Counted from the stretch's first letter, positions 27,229 to 37,291 are shown. The stretch is 64,000 nucleotides of DNA from an uncultured Bdellovibrionales bacterium (GCA_964436855.1 CAYTED010000002.1:13925-77924); one strand, 5' to 3'. Notes: generated by a model from the letters alone, not told the origin. Numbers and translations: made by a program.

Positions 27229-28878
27229 CTATTTCTGCTCCGTACACGCTTTCAGGAAAGCAAGGAAGAGCGGGTTTGGTTGGAAGATGGTTGATTGAAA
27301 TTCCGGGTGGAATTGGGAGGCAAGAAAGAATGGGTGTTGTGATTTCGGAAGTTCGGCAATTTCCATAAGAACGCCGTTCGGCGAAGTTGCGGAAAATACA
27401 AGTCCTGATTTTTCGAATTCGGAGACGTATGCAGGATTCACTTCATAGCGATGACGATGCCGTTCGGAAATTTCGGTTACTTTTCCATACGCATCGGAAG
27501 CGATTGTTCCTTTTTTGAGGACTGCCGGGTATGAGCCGAGCCGCATGGTCGCGCCGAAGTTTCGTTTGCGGAGATTTTCTTTTTGTTCCGGCATAATGTC
27601 GATAACCGGATGGTTTGTTTTTGCATTCACCTCGGTCGTGTTGGCATCCGAAAGTCCGAGGATATTGCGCGCGTATTCGATAACAAGAAGCTGCATTCCA
27701 TAACAGAGACCGAAGTAAGGAATCTTGTGTATTCGGCAAAATTCGATCGCTTTTATTTTCCCCTCCACGCCGCGCGCGCCGAAACCTCCCGGCACGAGAA
27801 TCCCGTCGTATTCTTTCAGGGTTTCGAGTCGCGAAGGATCCTTTTCGAAAGTTTCACTATCGAGCCAGCAGAGTTCCGGTTTTCGACCGACGGCGAAACT
27901 CGCGTGTTTGAGTGATTCGATCACGCTGATATAGGCATCGGAAAGAACAAACTCCCCTGTTTTAAAATATTTTCCGATCACGCCGATCTTCACCGTTTTT
28001 TTGAACGTGCGGATTTTTTCGACATACTGTCGCCATTCGCCCAGAGTGTCTTTTCTTGCCCGAAGCCCGAGTTTTTTCAAGATTGTTCGACTTAAGCCAT
28101 CTTTCTCGAAATTGACCGGCACATCGTAAATCGATTCGATATCCGGCGCGCTGACCACATCTTCTTTCTTGACATTGCAAAATACGGCGATTTTTTCTTT
28201 CCGTTTTTCATCGAGTGATCGATCGGCGCGCGCAACGATAAAATCCGGCTGAATACCCGCAGCGTTCAGTGTTCGTGCGGCGTATTGGGTCGGTTTCGTT
28301 TTCATCTCACCGATTTTTGATGGTGTCGGAAGGTAGCTCACCATTACAAACAAGACATCGTACGGGTGTTCGGCTTTCAACATTCGCGCCGCTTCGAGAA
28401 AAAGAACGTTTTGGTATTCCCCGATCGTTCCCCCGATTTCGATTACGGCGATTTCCGCTTTTGTTTTTCGGGCGGCTGTTTTGATCCGATGAATCACTTC
28501 AAGCGGGATATGAGGGACGACCTCGACACACTTTCCTTGGTATTCAAGGTTTCGTTCGCGATTGATGACTGTCTGATAGACGCGTCCGGTCGTCATATAG
28601 TTCTCGCTCCCAAGTGTGATTCCGAGGAATCGTTCGTAATTTCCCATATCCTGATCGGTTTCGTATCCGTCGGAAAGCACAAATACCTCCCCGTGTTCGG
28701 TTGGGTTCATCGTACCGGCATCTACATTGATATACGGATCGATCTTGAGCGCCGTAATGTTGAATCCGCGAGCTTGAAGAATTTTTCCGATCGAAGAGGT
28801 GGTGATTCCTTTTCCGACTCCGCTCATTACGCCGCCGACCACAAAAATATATTTCGTATTCGTTTTTCGTTTCGCCAT
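27229..28878 (-). CDS. pyrG: CTP synthase
   Basis: 549 aa. KYIFVVGGVMSGVGKG and a GATase C-terminal domain (GLCYGMQ, the HPEF region). Confidence 0.97.
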   Translation of the reverse strand: MAKRKTNTKYIFVVGGVMSGVGKGITTSSIGKILQARGFNITALKIDPYINVDAGTMNPTEHGEVFVLSDGYETDQDMGNYERFLGITLGSENYMTTGRVYQTVINRERNLEYQGKCVEVVPHIPLEVIHRIKTAARKTKAEIAVIEIGGTIGEYQNVLFLEAARMLKAEHPYDVLFVMVSYLPTPSKIGEMKTKPTQYAARTLNAAGIQPDFIVARADRSLDEKRKEKIAVFCNVKKEDVVSAPDIESIYDVPVNFEKDGLSRTILKKLGLRARKDTLGEWRQYVEKIRTFKKTVKIGVIGKYFKTGEFVLSDAYISVIESLKHASFAVGRKPELCWLDSETFEKDPSRLETLKEYDGILVPGGFGARGVEGKIKAIEFCRIHKIPYFGLCYGMQLLVIEYARNILGLSDANTTEVNAKTNHPVIDIMPEQKENLRKRNFGATMRLGSYPAVLKKGTIASDAYGKVTEISERHRHRYEVNPAYVSEFEKSGLVFSATSPNGVLMEIAELPKSQHPFFLASQFHPEFQSTIFQPNPLFLAFLKACTEQK

Positions 28879-28975
28879 AGCTTTCTTCCGGTATTACTAT
28901 TTATTGATTTTACAGAGAAAAAGTCGCCCCACATATCTGGAAACGACCTTTCTTTTCAATGACGTAAAAAAACGT

Positions 28976-29416
28976 TTATTCCCCAATCAATTCAACCGAA
29001 AATTTTGTCTGAATACCGTTTCCAAAATTCGCTTGTACGGAAAACGTTCCAATTTCTTTGAGCGGCCTTTCGAGTCGAAGCTCTTTTCTTTCAAGCGTCA
29101 TTCCGAGTAACCCAAGCGCTTCCGCGATATCTCCCTCGTGTACCGCCCCGAACAATTTTCCATTTCTTGATTTTCTTCGGATGGTTACCGTATACCCGGA
29201 CAGTTTCGCGGCAATTTCTTTCGATATCTCTTTTTTCTTTTCCGTTTCGATGTCGATACGACGTTTTTTTTCCGTGAGATTTTTGAGAGCACTCCCTGTC
29301 GCCGGTTGCGCGAGTTTTTTCGGGAGGAGTGCGTTCATCGCATACCCATCGGAAACGGTTTTCACCTCCCCTTTTCGGCCGGTTCCTTTCACATCTTGGA
29401 GGAGAATTACCTTCAT
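28976..29416 (-). CDS. rplI: 50S ribosomal protein L9
   Basis: MKVILLQDVKGTGRKGEVKTVSDGYAMNALLPKKLA matches L9. Confidence 0.9.
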   Translation of the reverse strand: MKVILLQDVKGTGRKGEVKTVSDGYAMNALLPKKLAQPATGSALKNLTEKKRRIDIETEKKKEISKEIAAKLSGYTVTIRRKSRNGKLFGAVHEGDIAEALGLLGMTLERKELRLERPLKEIGTFSVQANFGNGIQTKFSVELIGE

Positions 29417-29559
29417 ATGCTTTTATCAGTGTACTCAAAGACTTTTTTCTTTGCAAGAATTCCTTTTTTCAGAAAGGCTTTACAAAAAGAAAAAAATATG
29501 ATTTTCTGAAATGATTCCCGATAATTCTCGGGAGTGCCAACCTTAACAAGGAGAAAAGA

Positions 29560-30096
29560 GTGCAAAATCAAGAATTGGTTGTGCAAAACAATTTCGGGAA
29601 ATCCCCTGAGACTCAAGCTATGCTTCGGCTCATTGAGCTTCTCGAAAAAGAGCCGATGGAATCGTTTGAAACGCCATTTCGGATGATCGAGATTCTCGAC
29701 AAGATTTTTCAAGAAAATCCTCTGGGCACAGTTGTTGTTCTTTTTGCGACCAAGTACTACGTTTGCAAAAGAATGGAGGCTCATGGAGCTGATCGCGCGT
29801 ATCAGGACGTGGTTCGGAGCGCTCCGTCGATTGCCGAAGCAGTTCGGATTCTTCGGGATGAGTGCGCTTCCCCACGAGATGGACTCGTAACAAAGATTCC
29901 CGAATTCGTGCAGCGGCATGCGAGGATTCTCGTGGAATCTTTGCAGGATAGGGACACTGTCTACGAAAATCAGAAAAGCATCGGTCTTTTGGAAGAAAAT
30001 CGGAGACCGCGCAAGCTAACTGGAAACAGAGGAAAGGATTGGAAAGAGAAGACCTTGCGTCGTGGTCGCCCATTCCTGCATTCGACCAACCGTTGA
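29560..30096 (+). CDS. Hypothetical protein (178 aa), GTG start with AAGGAG RBS
   Basis: GTG at 29560 preceded by aacAAGGAGaaaagaGTG. No family recognised. The overlapping antisense ORF 29630..30418 was judged spurious. Confidence 0.45.
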   Translation: MQNQELVVQNNFGKSPETQAMLRLIELLEKEPMESFETPFRMIEILDKIFQENPLGTVVVLFATKYYVCKRMEAHGADRAYQDVVRSAPSIAEAVRILRDECASPRDGLVTKIPEFVQRHARILVESLQDRDTVYENQKSIGLLEENRRPRKLTGNRGKDWKEKTLRRGRPFLHSTNR

Positions 30097-30147
30097 TCCT
30101 CAAAATAAAAACCCGCCCGGAACAACTGTCTCGGGCGGTTCGTTTTT

Positions 30148-30666
30148 CTACCGGAGTATCGGAAATCTTTTCACGAGCGAGGTGTTCTCCCACCACGAGC
30201 CGAGTCCGAGGGTTCGCCCGGGATTGGTTAAAAGAAATCCAATCATAATAATCGAATTGATGACATGCTCGTCGATAAAGGGATTGTGTTCCGGCGGCAT
30301 AAATCCGGCAGTATAAAACAAAATGTAGAGCGCGATTCCGGCAAGCGCTCCGGGACGTACGGCAATACCAAGAAGAAGCGTTCCTCCCACGAAAAGAAGC
30401 CCGAGCATAAAAAGCCATTCAACTGCGGCCCACCCGGCCATCATTTGGTATAACTCCGCGAGCGGCCCCTTGGTTGCGAATTTCAAGAATCCGTAGGTCG
30501 GCGATCCTCCGTTGATCCACGCCGCATCGCACATCACCGAAACAATATGCGTTTTTGCATCGCGGCAAGTAGAGAACCCGAGACCAAAAACTTTATCGAT
30601 AAACGCCCAAACAAATGTCCACCCTATCGCCAATCGAAGGAACCCCCACACATATCGTTCACCCAT
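30148..30666 (-). CDS. DoxX-family integral membrane protein
   Basis: 172 aa, 4 TM. N-terminal LRLAIGWTFVWAFIDKVFGLGF is DoxX-like. Confidence 0.55.
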   Translation of the reverse strand: MGERYVWGFLRLAIGWTFVWAFIDKVFGLGFSTCRDAKTHIVSVMCDAAWINGGSPTYGFLKFATKGPLAELYQMMAGWAAVEWLFMLGLLFVGGTLLLGIAVRPGALAGIALYILFYTAGFMPPEHNPFIDEHVINSIIMIGFLLTNPGRTLGLGSWWENTSLVKRFPILR

Positions 30667-30761
30667 AGATTTATTTTATTTTTTTTATTGTACCACATAC
30701 CGAGGTACAAAGTATCAAGACAACTTCTTCGGGAAATCAAATTTGGTGGACTTACCGGAAA

Positions 30762-30785
30762 TCCCTGTCTGCCGACAGGCAGGGA
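30762..30785. repeat. 24-nt palindrome TCCCTGTCTGCCGACAGGCAGGGA (copy 2), immediately 3' of tRNA-Ala
   Basis: Near-perfect hairpin with one mismatch and one G-U pair. Copy 1 is at 5976-5998. Confidence 0.5.
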
Positions 30786-30821
30786 ACTCTCACGCCTCTG
30801 CAATGTCCCAATAACTCTGGT

Positions 30822-30892
30822 GGGCCTATGTGGACCTGGCGAGAATCGAACTCGCGACTCAGCAATGCGAATGCTGCGTAATACCACTTTAC
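30822..30892 (-). tRNA. tRNA-Ala (anticodon CGC)
   Basis: Manual fold of the minus strand: acceptor GGGCCTG/CAGGTCC with the Ala G3:U70 identity pair. D-stem GTAA/TTAC. Anticodon stem CAGCA/TGCTG with loop TTCGCAT. T-arm GCGAG-TTCGATT-CTCGC. Discriminator A. CCA not encoded. Confidence 0.85.
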
Positions 30893-30948
30893 TACAGGCC
30901 CGTTTCAAGATCACAACTCCACCACTCTATCCGTTTTTCGTCAAAAAA

Positions 30949-31896
30949 TCAATAGATAAGCACTTTCGTTCCGATATCTGTCCATTCATACACGGTTTTC
31001 GCGGCACCCTCACCGAGGCGAACACAGCCGTGAGAGGCTTTCCGTCCGAGATGACTGACGCCTTCTTTGTACCCGCCCGGCCACTCGGGGAGCTCGTGAA
31101 TGCCGAATTTTCCATCTCCCGTAATCGCCATCCAATTTGGCATAAAAAGCGAATACTTCTTGGACCACGGGCGCGGCGCTTTGTTTTCGATTTTAAATTC
31201 TCCTTTCGGTGTATCGAGTCCGGGAAGCCCCGATGAAATGAGATAGTTTTTAATGTATTTCCCATTCTCAAACAAAGTCATTACTTGATGATTGATATCA
31301 ATATCGATATATCGCCCATCGGATGTTTTTGGTTGAGTGTATTTTCTTGCAATGGCAAGTCGGTCATTTCCATTTCCCCAATCGTTTGGAGCGACGCCGA
31401 TAGTTGTAAAGCGTGTCTTTGAAAGAGAAGTGTATGATTCCGTATTACCCCCTCGTTTTCGATAGGAAATAGTAAGTGAATAATTCGACTCATCTTCGAG
31501 CGGAGATTTCGGAAGAAGGCGGAACTCGGTTTTTTCGGGATTGTTTTCGAAGGCGAGTTCAAGAGGTGTATCGTCGCCCTCCTTTTGTACATTAAAAAAA
31601 ACATAGAAATCTTTGATCGAATATTTGAACCGAACAATGATCGGCCTTTCCATACTGACAAAAACATCTTTTTCTTCGTTCTTAGGAATAATGTCGGCGA
31701 TGCTTGGCGGGAGAAGATACGCCGTATTTTGAATATCATTGTCTTTTTGTGAGATATCCGTTTGCGTGACAGATGTCTTTTTTGTTTCGGAGATAAATTT
31801 TGCAATCGCTCGACCAATATGAAAAAAAGCGAAAAAGGAAATTCCGCCGAACAAAAAAAGAATGAAGATGCTTTGAAGAAGAGTTGTATGTTTCAC
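30949..31896 (-). CDS. L,D-transpeptidase (YkuD domain), membrane-anchored
   Basis: N-terminal TM. C-terminal catalytic SHGCVRL motif in a YkuD-like domain. Confidence 0.8.
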   Translation of the reverse strand: MKHTTLLQSIFILFLFGGISFFAFFHIGRAIAKFISETKKTSVTQTDISQKDNDIQNTAYLLPPSIADIIPKNEEKDVFVSMERPIIVRFKYSIKDFYVFFNVQKEGDDTPLELAFENNPEKTEFRLLPKSPLEDESNYSLTISYRKRGGNTESYTSLSKTRFTTIGVAPNDWGNGNDRLAIARKYTQPKTSDGRYIDIDINHQVMTLFENGKYIKNYLISSGLPGLDTPKGEFKIENKAPRPWSKKYSLFMPNWMAITGDGKFGIHELPEWPGGYKEGVSHLGRKASHGCVRLGEGAAKTVYEWTDIGTKVLIY

Positions 31897-31973
31897 CGCG
31901 TCGACGTTTTGTTTTTTTCAATCAAAATCAATCCAAGACTACCATGTCCCGAATATCCTTTTCAAGCACGACA

Positions 31974-32399
31974 TCATTGTCTCCAAAGAGAAATTTCGTT
32001 CGAAACTTTTTTTCCTTCAAGAAAGAGCGGGAGCCAATATTGATCATCCGGCCACATTTCATCATAAGGAATTTCATCGAATGCGAACCATTGCGGTCGC
32101 ATTTCATCGGTCTCTTTTGGTTCACCTGAAAATTCGTCTATCCGAAAAACATGCACTTCGAGAATTTCACCTCTGTTTTTTTCGAACTCGAATGCGTGTA
32201 CGCCGACCTTTTCCATTTTTCTAATATTGATCCCGCATTCTTCCAAAGTTTCACGTCGGGCAGCATCTTCTATAGACTCCTCCTCATGCACCTTCCCGCC
32301 AAACCCGTTCCACCTCCCCATTCCAAATCCACGTTTCTTCATTCCGAGCAGAATCTTTTTATCCCGCATTGCAAAACAGAGGGTAAGGAGTTTTATCAT
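31974..32399 (-). CDS. NUDIX hydrolase (MutT-like)
   Basis: Nudix box GGKVHEEESIEDAARRETLEECGI, matching Gx5Ex7REUxEExGU. Confidence 0.85.
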   Translation of the reverse strand: MIKLLTLCFAMRDKKILLGMKKRGFGMGRWNGFGGKVHEEESIEDAARRETLEECGINIRKMEKVGVHAFEFEKNRGEILEVHVFRIDEFSGEPKETDEMRPQWFAFDEIPYDEMWPDDQYWLPLFLEGKKVSNEISLWRQ

Positions 32400-32402
32400 A
32401 CG

Positions 32403-32705
32403 CTACGATTCATCCAAGATTATCTTTTTTTCAAATCCACCACGTTTCTCGCGTTTTTCTTTCTGAATAGCAATCACATCATCGATCTTCCACTCATTCA
32501 CGGAAAGTAGCGCTGTGATTACTTCAAAAACATCCGCCATCTCCTCAATGTTGCCTGAATGAGAAAACTCTCTTGCTTCTTCAACAAGCTTTTCCTTTAA
32601 TTTCAATTCATACTCTTCATCAGAGGCAAGGTGCCATTTAGCCTTTTCGCCCTTCTCTTCTATAATCTCGATAATCCGATCTCGCACAAGTTTATTGTAT
32701 TGCAT
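32403..32705 (-). CDS. All-alpha NTP pyrophosphohydrolase (MazG/HisE-like, PRA-PH superfamily)
   Basis: 100 aa. MQYNKLVRDRIIEII...EEMADVFEVITALL...KREKRGGFEKKIIL matches the house-cleaning NTP-PPase pattern. Confidence 0.65.
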   Translation of the reverse strand: MQYNKLVRDRIIEIIEEKGEKAKWHLASDEEYELKLKEKLVEEAREFSHSGNIEEMADVFEVITALLSVNEWKIDDVIAIQKEKREKRGGFEKKIILDES

Positions 32706-32706
32706 A

Positions 32707-33138
32707 CTATTTCCACATCACAAAAATCACAGTCATTACGAGCATTGAAACAAGCGGGTAGAGGGCATTGATTACCCAGAGCGTTTTCGATGCACGACTG
32801 AAGAGAGCGTCGGTATAGGTAACCGTCGCGATAAAACCGATCCAGAGCCACACAGGCAATTGATACGGATTTCCATCAAACTTCTCGATAATACCCACGA
32901 AATGCGCAAGTATATACGAAAGAAGAAATGCCATCACGAACGCCTGCGCGAGAATCGCTCCCATTCCTTTCTTTTGTCGCTCTTCAAAAGCCTGTCTGCC
33001 GGCTTCGGTATCCATATTCCATCCCATCAATTTGCACCACGTTTTCCCAAACATTCCTTGTGCATACCAAGCAAACCCAATTGCCATATGTACCACCATC
33101 CCGACCAATACCGCCCAGATATTCACCGTGACATCCAT
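32707..33138 (-). CDS. DUF1761-family membrane protein
   Basis: 143 aa, 4 TM. N-terminal VNIWAVLVGMVVHMAIGFAWYAQGMFGKTW is DUF1761-like. Confidence 0.55.
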   Translation of the reverse strand: MDVTVNIWAVLVGMVVHMAIGFAWYAQGMFGKTWCKLMGWNMDTEAGRQAFEERQKKGMGAILAQAFVMAFLLSYILAHFVGIIEKFDGNPYQLPVWLWIGFIATVTYTDALFSRASKTLWVINALYPLVSMLVMTVIFVMWK

Positions 33139-33178
33139 ATGTTTTACTTACAAATTACCCCTCCCCGTGTTATACAAA

Positions 33179-33334
33179 TTATTTATTAATAATTGATATC
33201 AGTTTTTTTAGTGCGCGAAGAATGCGCGTACGGACGATGTAGGTAAAGACAAAGGTAAGACCGGCGATTGTCATTGTCGCGGCGACGCTTGCCCAAAACT
33301 GCGGCCAGAACTCATTCCAAAAGTCGGGAGTCAT
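33179..33334 (-). CDS. Small single-TM ORF (51 aa) absent from the ORF track
   Basis: ATG at 33334 lies directly after the stop of the upstream NUDIX gene. Product MTPDFWNEFWPQFWASVAATMTIAGLTFVFTYIVRTRILRALKKLISIINK. Fills the gap exactly. Confidence 0.3.
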   Translation of the reverse strand: MTPDFWNEFWPQFWASVAATMTIAGLTFVFTYIVRTRILRALKKLISIINK

Positions 33335-33336
33335 AA

Positions 33337-33801
33337 TCAGTTAAAAAGTTTTGCAACGTGTTTTAGAACCATATCAAATCCCGGGAGGAGCCTATAGTTT
33401 TTCACTTCGTCTGGAAGAATCCACTCGAATTTCTGCGCCTCCCAATCAAGGGTGACCGCATCGGTATTTACTGCTACAAGCACCGGGTGGACAATCCATG
33501 TCTTCTTGATATCCGGAGCATCTTGATGAAAAATTTCTGCAAGCCGAATAGAAATAATGTTTTCCACCTTAAGTCCCAATTCCTCCTGAAGCTCTTCTTT
33601 CACTTTACTTTCAAAATCTTGCGCGTCATCGAGAAATCCGGAAATGCCGTTCCAATGCTCGGGATAGAGTCTCATTCCCCTGCTTCGCTCAACGATCAAT
33701 ATTTTTTCGCCGAATTTCACGACACAATTTATCACCGGACAGTAACGAATGTTCGTAAAATCCGTTTGCCCCGGCTTGGGAATAAATTTCGGTTCAGACA
33801 T
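33337..33801 (-). CDS. NUDIX hydrolase
   Basis: Nudix box GFLDDAQDFESKVKEELQEELGL. Confidence 0.85.
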   Translation of the reverse strand: MSEPKFIPKPGQTDFTNIRYCPVINCVVKFGEKILIVERSRGMRLYPEHWNGISGFLDDAQDFESKVKEELQEELGLKVENIISIRLAEIFHQDAPDIKKTWIVHPVLVAVNTDAVTLDWEAQKFEWILPDEVKNYRLLPGFDMVLKHVAKLFN

Positions 33802-33811
33802 ATACAGTTTT

Positions 33812-34177
33812 TTATCGCCAAATATGTAACCACTTGCCGATATATTCTACCACCACATAGAGAAAGAAAAGGTATCCCAGAATACCGGAAATAATTGTGA
33901 GGAGTACGGTATTGATAATTCGATTTCGCTCGCGTTTCACCTGATCAAGCGTGCAGACACCTTGTTTGCGAAAATGCCATATGAGCGCGAGAAGAAGCGC
34001 AAGTAACCCGACTCCGCGAAATATCCATCGATAACTTCCGTAGAGGGTATCAGCAAGTGAGGATGCGAAAGAGACGGTTCCCACGCCAAGCAACACAAGT
34101 ATCACTGGTGAAAGGCAGCAAAGTGATGCAAGGAGTACTGGAACCCCCGTAATTTTGAAGATTTCTTTCCATTTCAT
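33812..34177 (-). CDS. Small membrane protein with a vicinal Cys pair in TM1 (MerT-like CCLxP motif)
   Basis: 121 aa, 3-4 TM. ASLCCLSPVILVLLG resembles the MerT first-helix Cys pair. The second MerT Cys pair is absent, so the function is uncertain. Confidence 0.4.
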   Translation of the reverse strand: MKWKEIFKITGVPVLLASLCCLSPVILVLLGVGTVSFASSLADTLYGSYRWIFRGVGLLALLLALIWHFRKQGVCTLDQVKRERNRIINTVLLTIISGILGYLFFLYVVVEYIGKWLHIWR

Positions 34178-34638
34178 ACTTTTTGATGAAACTGATACGA
34201 ACGATCATTGTATTCCTTTATATCGTACACCTGGATGCCGTCCTTGTGCCAGAGGGCAAAAAATGAAATACCGGAATCAAATGCCAGGCGACTGCAGACC
34301 GTACAATACGGATCTCCAGAAAAAAGCAATTCCCCTCCCACATTGACACGACAAAAATACAGAGTTGATCCAACTACCTTCTCCGGATTTCTCTTGAGTG
34401 CGTCGAATATGGCGCGCCACTCGGCATGTATACAGCATGTCCGATCGGATTTCGGTTTTTTGAGTTCGCTTGGATACTCAAAATGACATTTTGTATTCTC
34501 CTTTGCATCAAGCGGCGGCGCATTATATCCAGTGCCGATAACAACACCGTCTTTTACAATCACCGCGCCGCACTTATCACGTTTGCAAAGCGCTTGTTTC
34601 GCTCTTTCTGCGGCGGCATGAAACCATTTCTCATCCAT
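34174..34638 (-). CDS. dCMP/CMP deaminase (zinc-dependent, ComEB-like)
   Basis: CIHAE and PCTVC zinc-ligand motifs (TCCIHAEWRAI ... PYCTVCSRL). Confidence 0.85.
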   Translation of the reverse strand: MDEKWFHAAAERAKQALCKRDKCGAVIVKDGVVIGTGYNAPPLDAKENTKCHFEYPSELKKPKSDRTCCIHAEWRAIFDALKRNPEKVVGSTLYFCRVNVGGELLFSGDPYCTVCSRLAFDSGISFFALWHKDGIQVYDIKEYNDRSYQFHQKV

Positions 34639-34667
34639 AATTATCCTCTTTATTTATATACATCCTC

Positions 34668-34705
34668 TGTGCATAAAAATAAGCGGTCGCTTACTATTGT
34701 GTACA
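34668..34705. promoter_or_regulatory. 38-bp palindrome TGTGCATAAAAATAAGCGGTCGCTTACTATTGTGTACA (copy 2), upstream of the dCMP deaminase gene
   Basis: Near-identical to 11720-11757. Located 30-70 nt upstream of the start at 34638. Confidence 0.4.
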
Positions 34706-34857
34706 AGAAATTTCTATGCATTTTATATTCATCAATAAAAATTGGGAGTGTTGTTTGTATTTTTTTGAATACCCCTTCAAGATATCGGCCGAGCTTGTCG
34801 TAGAATCTTCGTGTCATATATTGTCTCACCAAGCATTGAGAGCAATGTTCTCTTCAC

Positions 34858-34882
34858 TCGCAGAGCCGCGGTCGGGATGACA
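34858..34882. repeat. GC-rich hairpin ending in GGGATGACA (copy c)
   Basis: tcgcagagccgcggtcgggatgacagaaaaaac, in the intergenic region 3' of queA. Confidence 0.4.
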
Positions 34883-34933
34883 GAAAAAACTCACAACTTT
34901 CAAAATTTCAAAATGCCGTTTATTCTTACAATT

Positions 34934-35986
34934 TCATACTATCAACATCGAATCGCCGAAAGAATAAAACGCGTATTTTTCTTTGATGGCCTCTTTATAT
35001 AATTCTATCAGATTTCGTTTCGCGCCCTTGTCTTGCAAGAATGCATCTACGAGAAGCATAAGCGAACTTTTTGGAAGATGAAAGTTTGTTATAAGCGCAT
35101 CGGCAACCTGAAAATGATACGGCGGATAAATGAAAATAGTTGTATTTCCAGAAAATGGCTTCACAGAGCCATTATTAAAGCATGATTCCAGTGTCCGAAG
35201 CGCTGTTGTTCCAACCGGAATAATACTTCTCCCCTTTCCTTTTGTTTGATTTATTTTCTCTGCCGCCTTTTCGGAAATCTCGATCCATTCCGAATGAAGT
35301 TTTTTCGTATGAAAATTCTCTTCTTGGAGTGGCGCGAATGTCCCGAGTCCGACATTGAGTGTTATATATTCCGTATCAATATTGTGTTCCTTAAAAGACT
35401 GAAGTGTTCTTTCTGTGAAGTGAAGCGACGCTGTTGGAGCGGCGACCGAGTTTCCAGCAAGAGCAAATACGCTCTGATAGCGTTCTCTCAATTTTATTTC
35501 ATCTTTTTCTCTTCCTTTCTCCTCCAGATAGGGCGGAATCGGCGTTTCACCATATTCGTTCAGGAGTTCTTGTAGTATTCTGTTGCTTTTGAGTGATACA
35601 AAAAATCGATTTTCCTCTTGGCGCACTACTTCAAAAAAATCTCCGCTCGGAAAGAAAAGCTTCCATCCGATTTCACACTTACGATCGACGAGAACGGGAA
35701 TCGTTTTTTTATCACCCTGCCATTCATTCATGAGTACGAACACTTCGATTTTTCCGCCCGTTTCTTTTTTGAGATGGAGTCGTGCCGGAACAACTTTCGT
35801 ATTATTGAGTACGAGTAGCGAGTCTTGCGGAAGATATTGTGCAATATTATAAAAAACATCGTGTGTGATAGTATCGGTTTTTGTGTCATAGACAAAGAGC
35901 CGCGCCATATCGCGCGGTTCCACTCCTTCCTTCCGGATCAATTCCTCCGGAAGTTTGTAATCATACTTTTCAAGATTGTTAAACAT
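34934..35986 (-). CDS. queA: S-adenosylmethionine:tRNA ribosyltransferase-isomerase
   Basis: 350 aa. YDYKLPEELIRKEGVEPRD, LVLNNTKVVPARL and PVGTTALRTLES motifs. Confidence 0.92.
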   Translation of the reverse strand: MFNNLEKYDYKLPEELIRKEGVEPRDMARLFVYDTKTDTITHDVFYNIAQYLPQDSLLVLNNTKVVPARLHLKKETGGKIEVFVLMNEWQGDKKTIPVLVDRKCEIGWKLFFPSGDFFEVVRQEENRFFVSLKSNRILQELLNEYGETPIPPYLEEKGREKDEIKLRERYQSVFALAGNSVAAPTASLHFTERTLQSFKEHNIDTEYITLNVGLGTFAPLQEENFHTKKLHSEWIEISEKAAEKINQTKGKGRSIIPVGTTALRTLESCFNNGSVKPFSGNTTIFIYPPYHFQVADALITNFHLPKSSLMLLVDAFLQDKGAKRNLIELYKEAIKEKYAFYSFGDSMLIV

Positions 35987-35989
35987 ATT

Positions 35990-37258
35990 CTAGCGGGATC
36001 GCGATATTGCGGTTTGCAATTTTATAGTCCGAAGGTGATTCAAGAAATAGAGACCCGCACAGAAAATAACCGTCGCAGCGATGACAAGAGGCGTGCTTGG
36101 CGCAAATGATGCCGCAAGAATTCCCGCCAAAAGCGGTGGTATCGAGGTAGCGAGTGCCGATACGCTGCCATTGATACCGAGTACCTCTCCCTGCACCGAT
36201 GCATCTGCGGCACGAGAAATAAGCGCCATCATATTCGCTTGCGCGAGTCCCATTGCTGTCGCAAAAAACGGAACGATCATATAAAGAAACATGGAATCAT
36301 ACAATGATGAAATGATAAAGATGGAGAGACTAATCACAAAAATAGCATTCTGAAAAATCTGTTTTTCGGTAAAGTATCTCGATGCGATACGCGTCGTTAC
36401 CATTTGCGTAAACACGATACATAGCCCGACATACGCAAAATAGTTGCCGATCTCTCCTTCGTTAAATCCAAAACGAGTGAGAAAAAACACGCTGGAAAAT
36501 CCGATATAAAACGCAAAACCACTCTGAAAGAGAAAGTTCGTGATAAAAAGCGGACGAAGAGAATGTAGAGTAAGCGCTCGCTTGATGTTTTGAATCGCCT
36601 TGAGTACGGTGATTTTTCGGCGTTGCGTATTTTCGGATTTTTTCAGTGTTTCCGGAAAAAAGAAAACAACAAAGATGAGATTGATAAGCGAAAGAAGTGC
36701 GGCGAAAAAAAACGGGGTTGTTGTGGAAAACCAAGAGATAAGAGTCGGATCAGCGAGGCGCCCGCCAAGGAACGGACCTGCAATAAATCCAATCCCGAAT
36801 GCAGCACCGGTCAGTCCAAAATTCTTCGAACGATCTTCGGGTTTGCTAATGTCGGCAATAGCCGCTTGCGCAACGACCATACCTCCGCTTGCGATACCGC
36901 CAATAATACGAGAAAGGAACAGAAGAGGAATTGAATGTAACAAAACTCCCATTCCAAAGACAAAATAGCTGATAATATTTCCGGAAACCGAAGCCGTCAA
37001 TACTTTTTTCCGGCCGTAAATATCCGATAATTCTCCGAGAATCGGTGCTGTTATAAACATGGAGAGCGAAAAAAGAGAAACGAGCAATCCAAGGAGTACA
37101 TACCCTTCATTCACCGTTGTTCCAAGAGGAAGTATATAGTGCGCAGAGTTTGGTTCAGTAAAGAGGAACGGCATCACCGGGATCAAGATCCCAAATCCAA
37201 GCATATCGAGCAAGACGGTCAGAAATACCGTGGCCAGCGTTTTTAATTGAGAAACCAT
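35990..37258 (-). CDS. MFS transporter (drug:H+ antiporter-like)
   Basis: 422 aa, 12 TM. LDMLGFGILIPVMPF and GRKKV motifs typical of MFS. Confidence 0.85.
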   Translation of the reverse strand: MVSQLKTLATVFLTVLLDMLGFGILIPVMPFLFTEPNSAHYILPLGTTVNEGYVLLGLLVSLFSLSMFITAPILGELSDIYGRKKVLTASVSGNIISYFVFGMGVLLHSIPLLFLSRIIGGIASGGMVVAQAAIADISKPEDRSKNFGLTGAAFGIGFIAGPFLGGRLADPTLISWFSTTTPFFFAALLSLINLIFVVFFFPETLKKSENTQRRKITVLKAIQNIKRALTLHSLRPLFITNFLFQSGFAFYIGFSSVFFLTRFGFNEGEIGNYFAYVGLCIVFTQMVTTRIASRYFTEKQIFQNAIFVISLSIFIISSLYDSMFLYMIVPFFATAMGLAQANMMALISRAADASVQGEVLGINGSVSALATSIPPLLAGILAASFAPSTPLVIAATVIFCAGLYFLNHLRTIKLQTAISRSR

Positions 37259-37291
37259 AAAAAATTCAAGCTGAATACATTACAAAAATAA

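Noticed and set aside
29630-30418. 262-aa minus-strand ORF
   Set aside because: It is antisense to the well-supported GTG-start ORF 29560..30096 and overlaps the DoxX gene. The protein is Arg/Ser-rich and low-complexity, so it is spurious.
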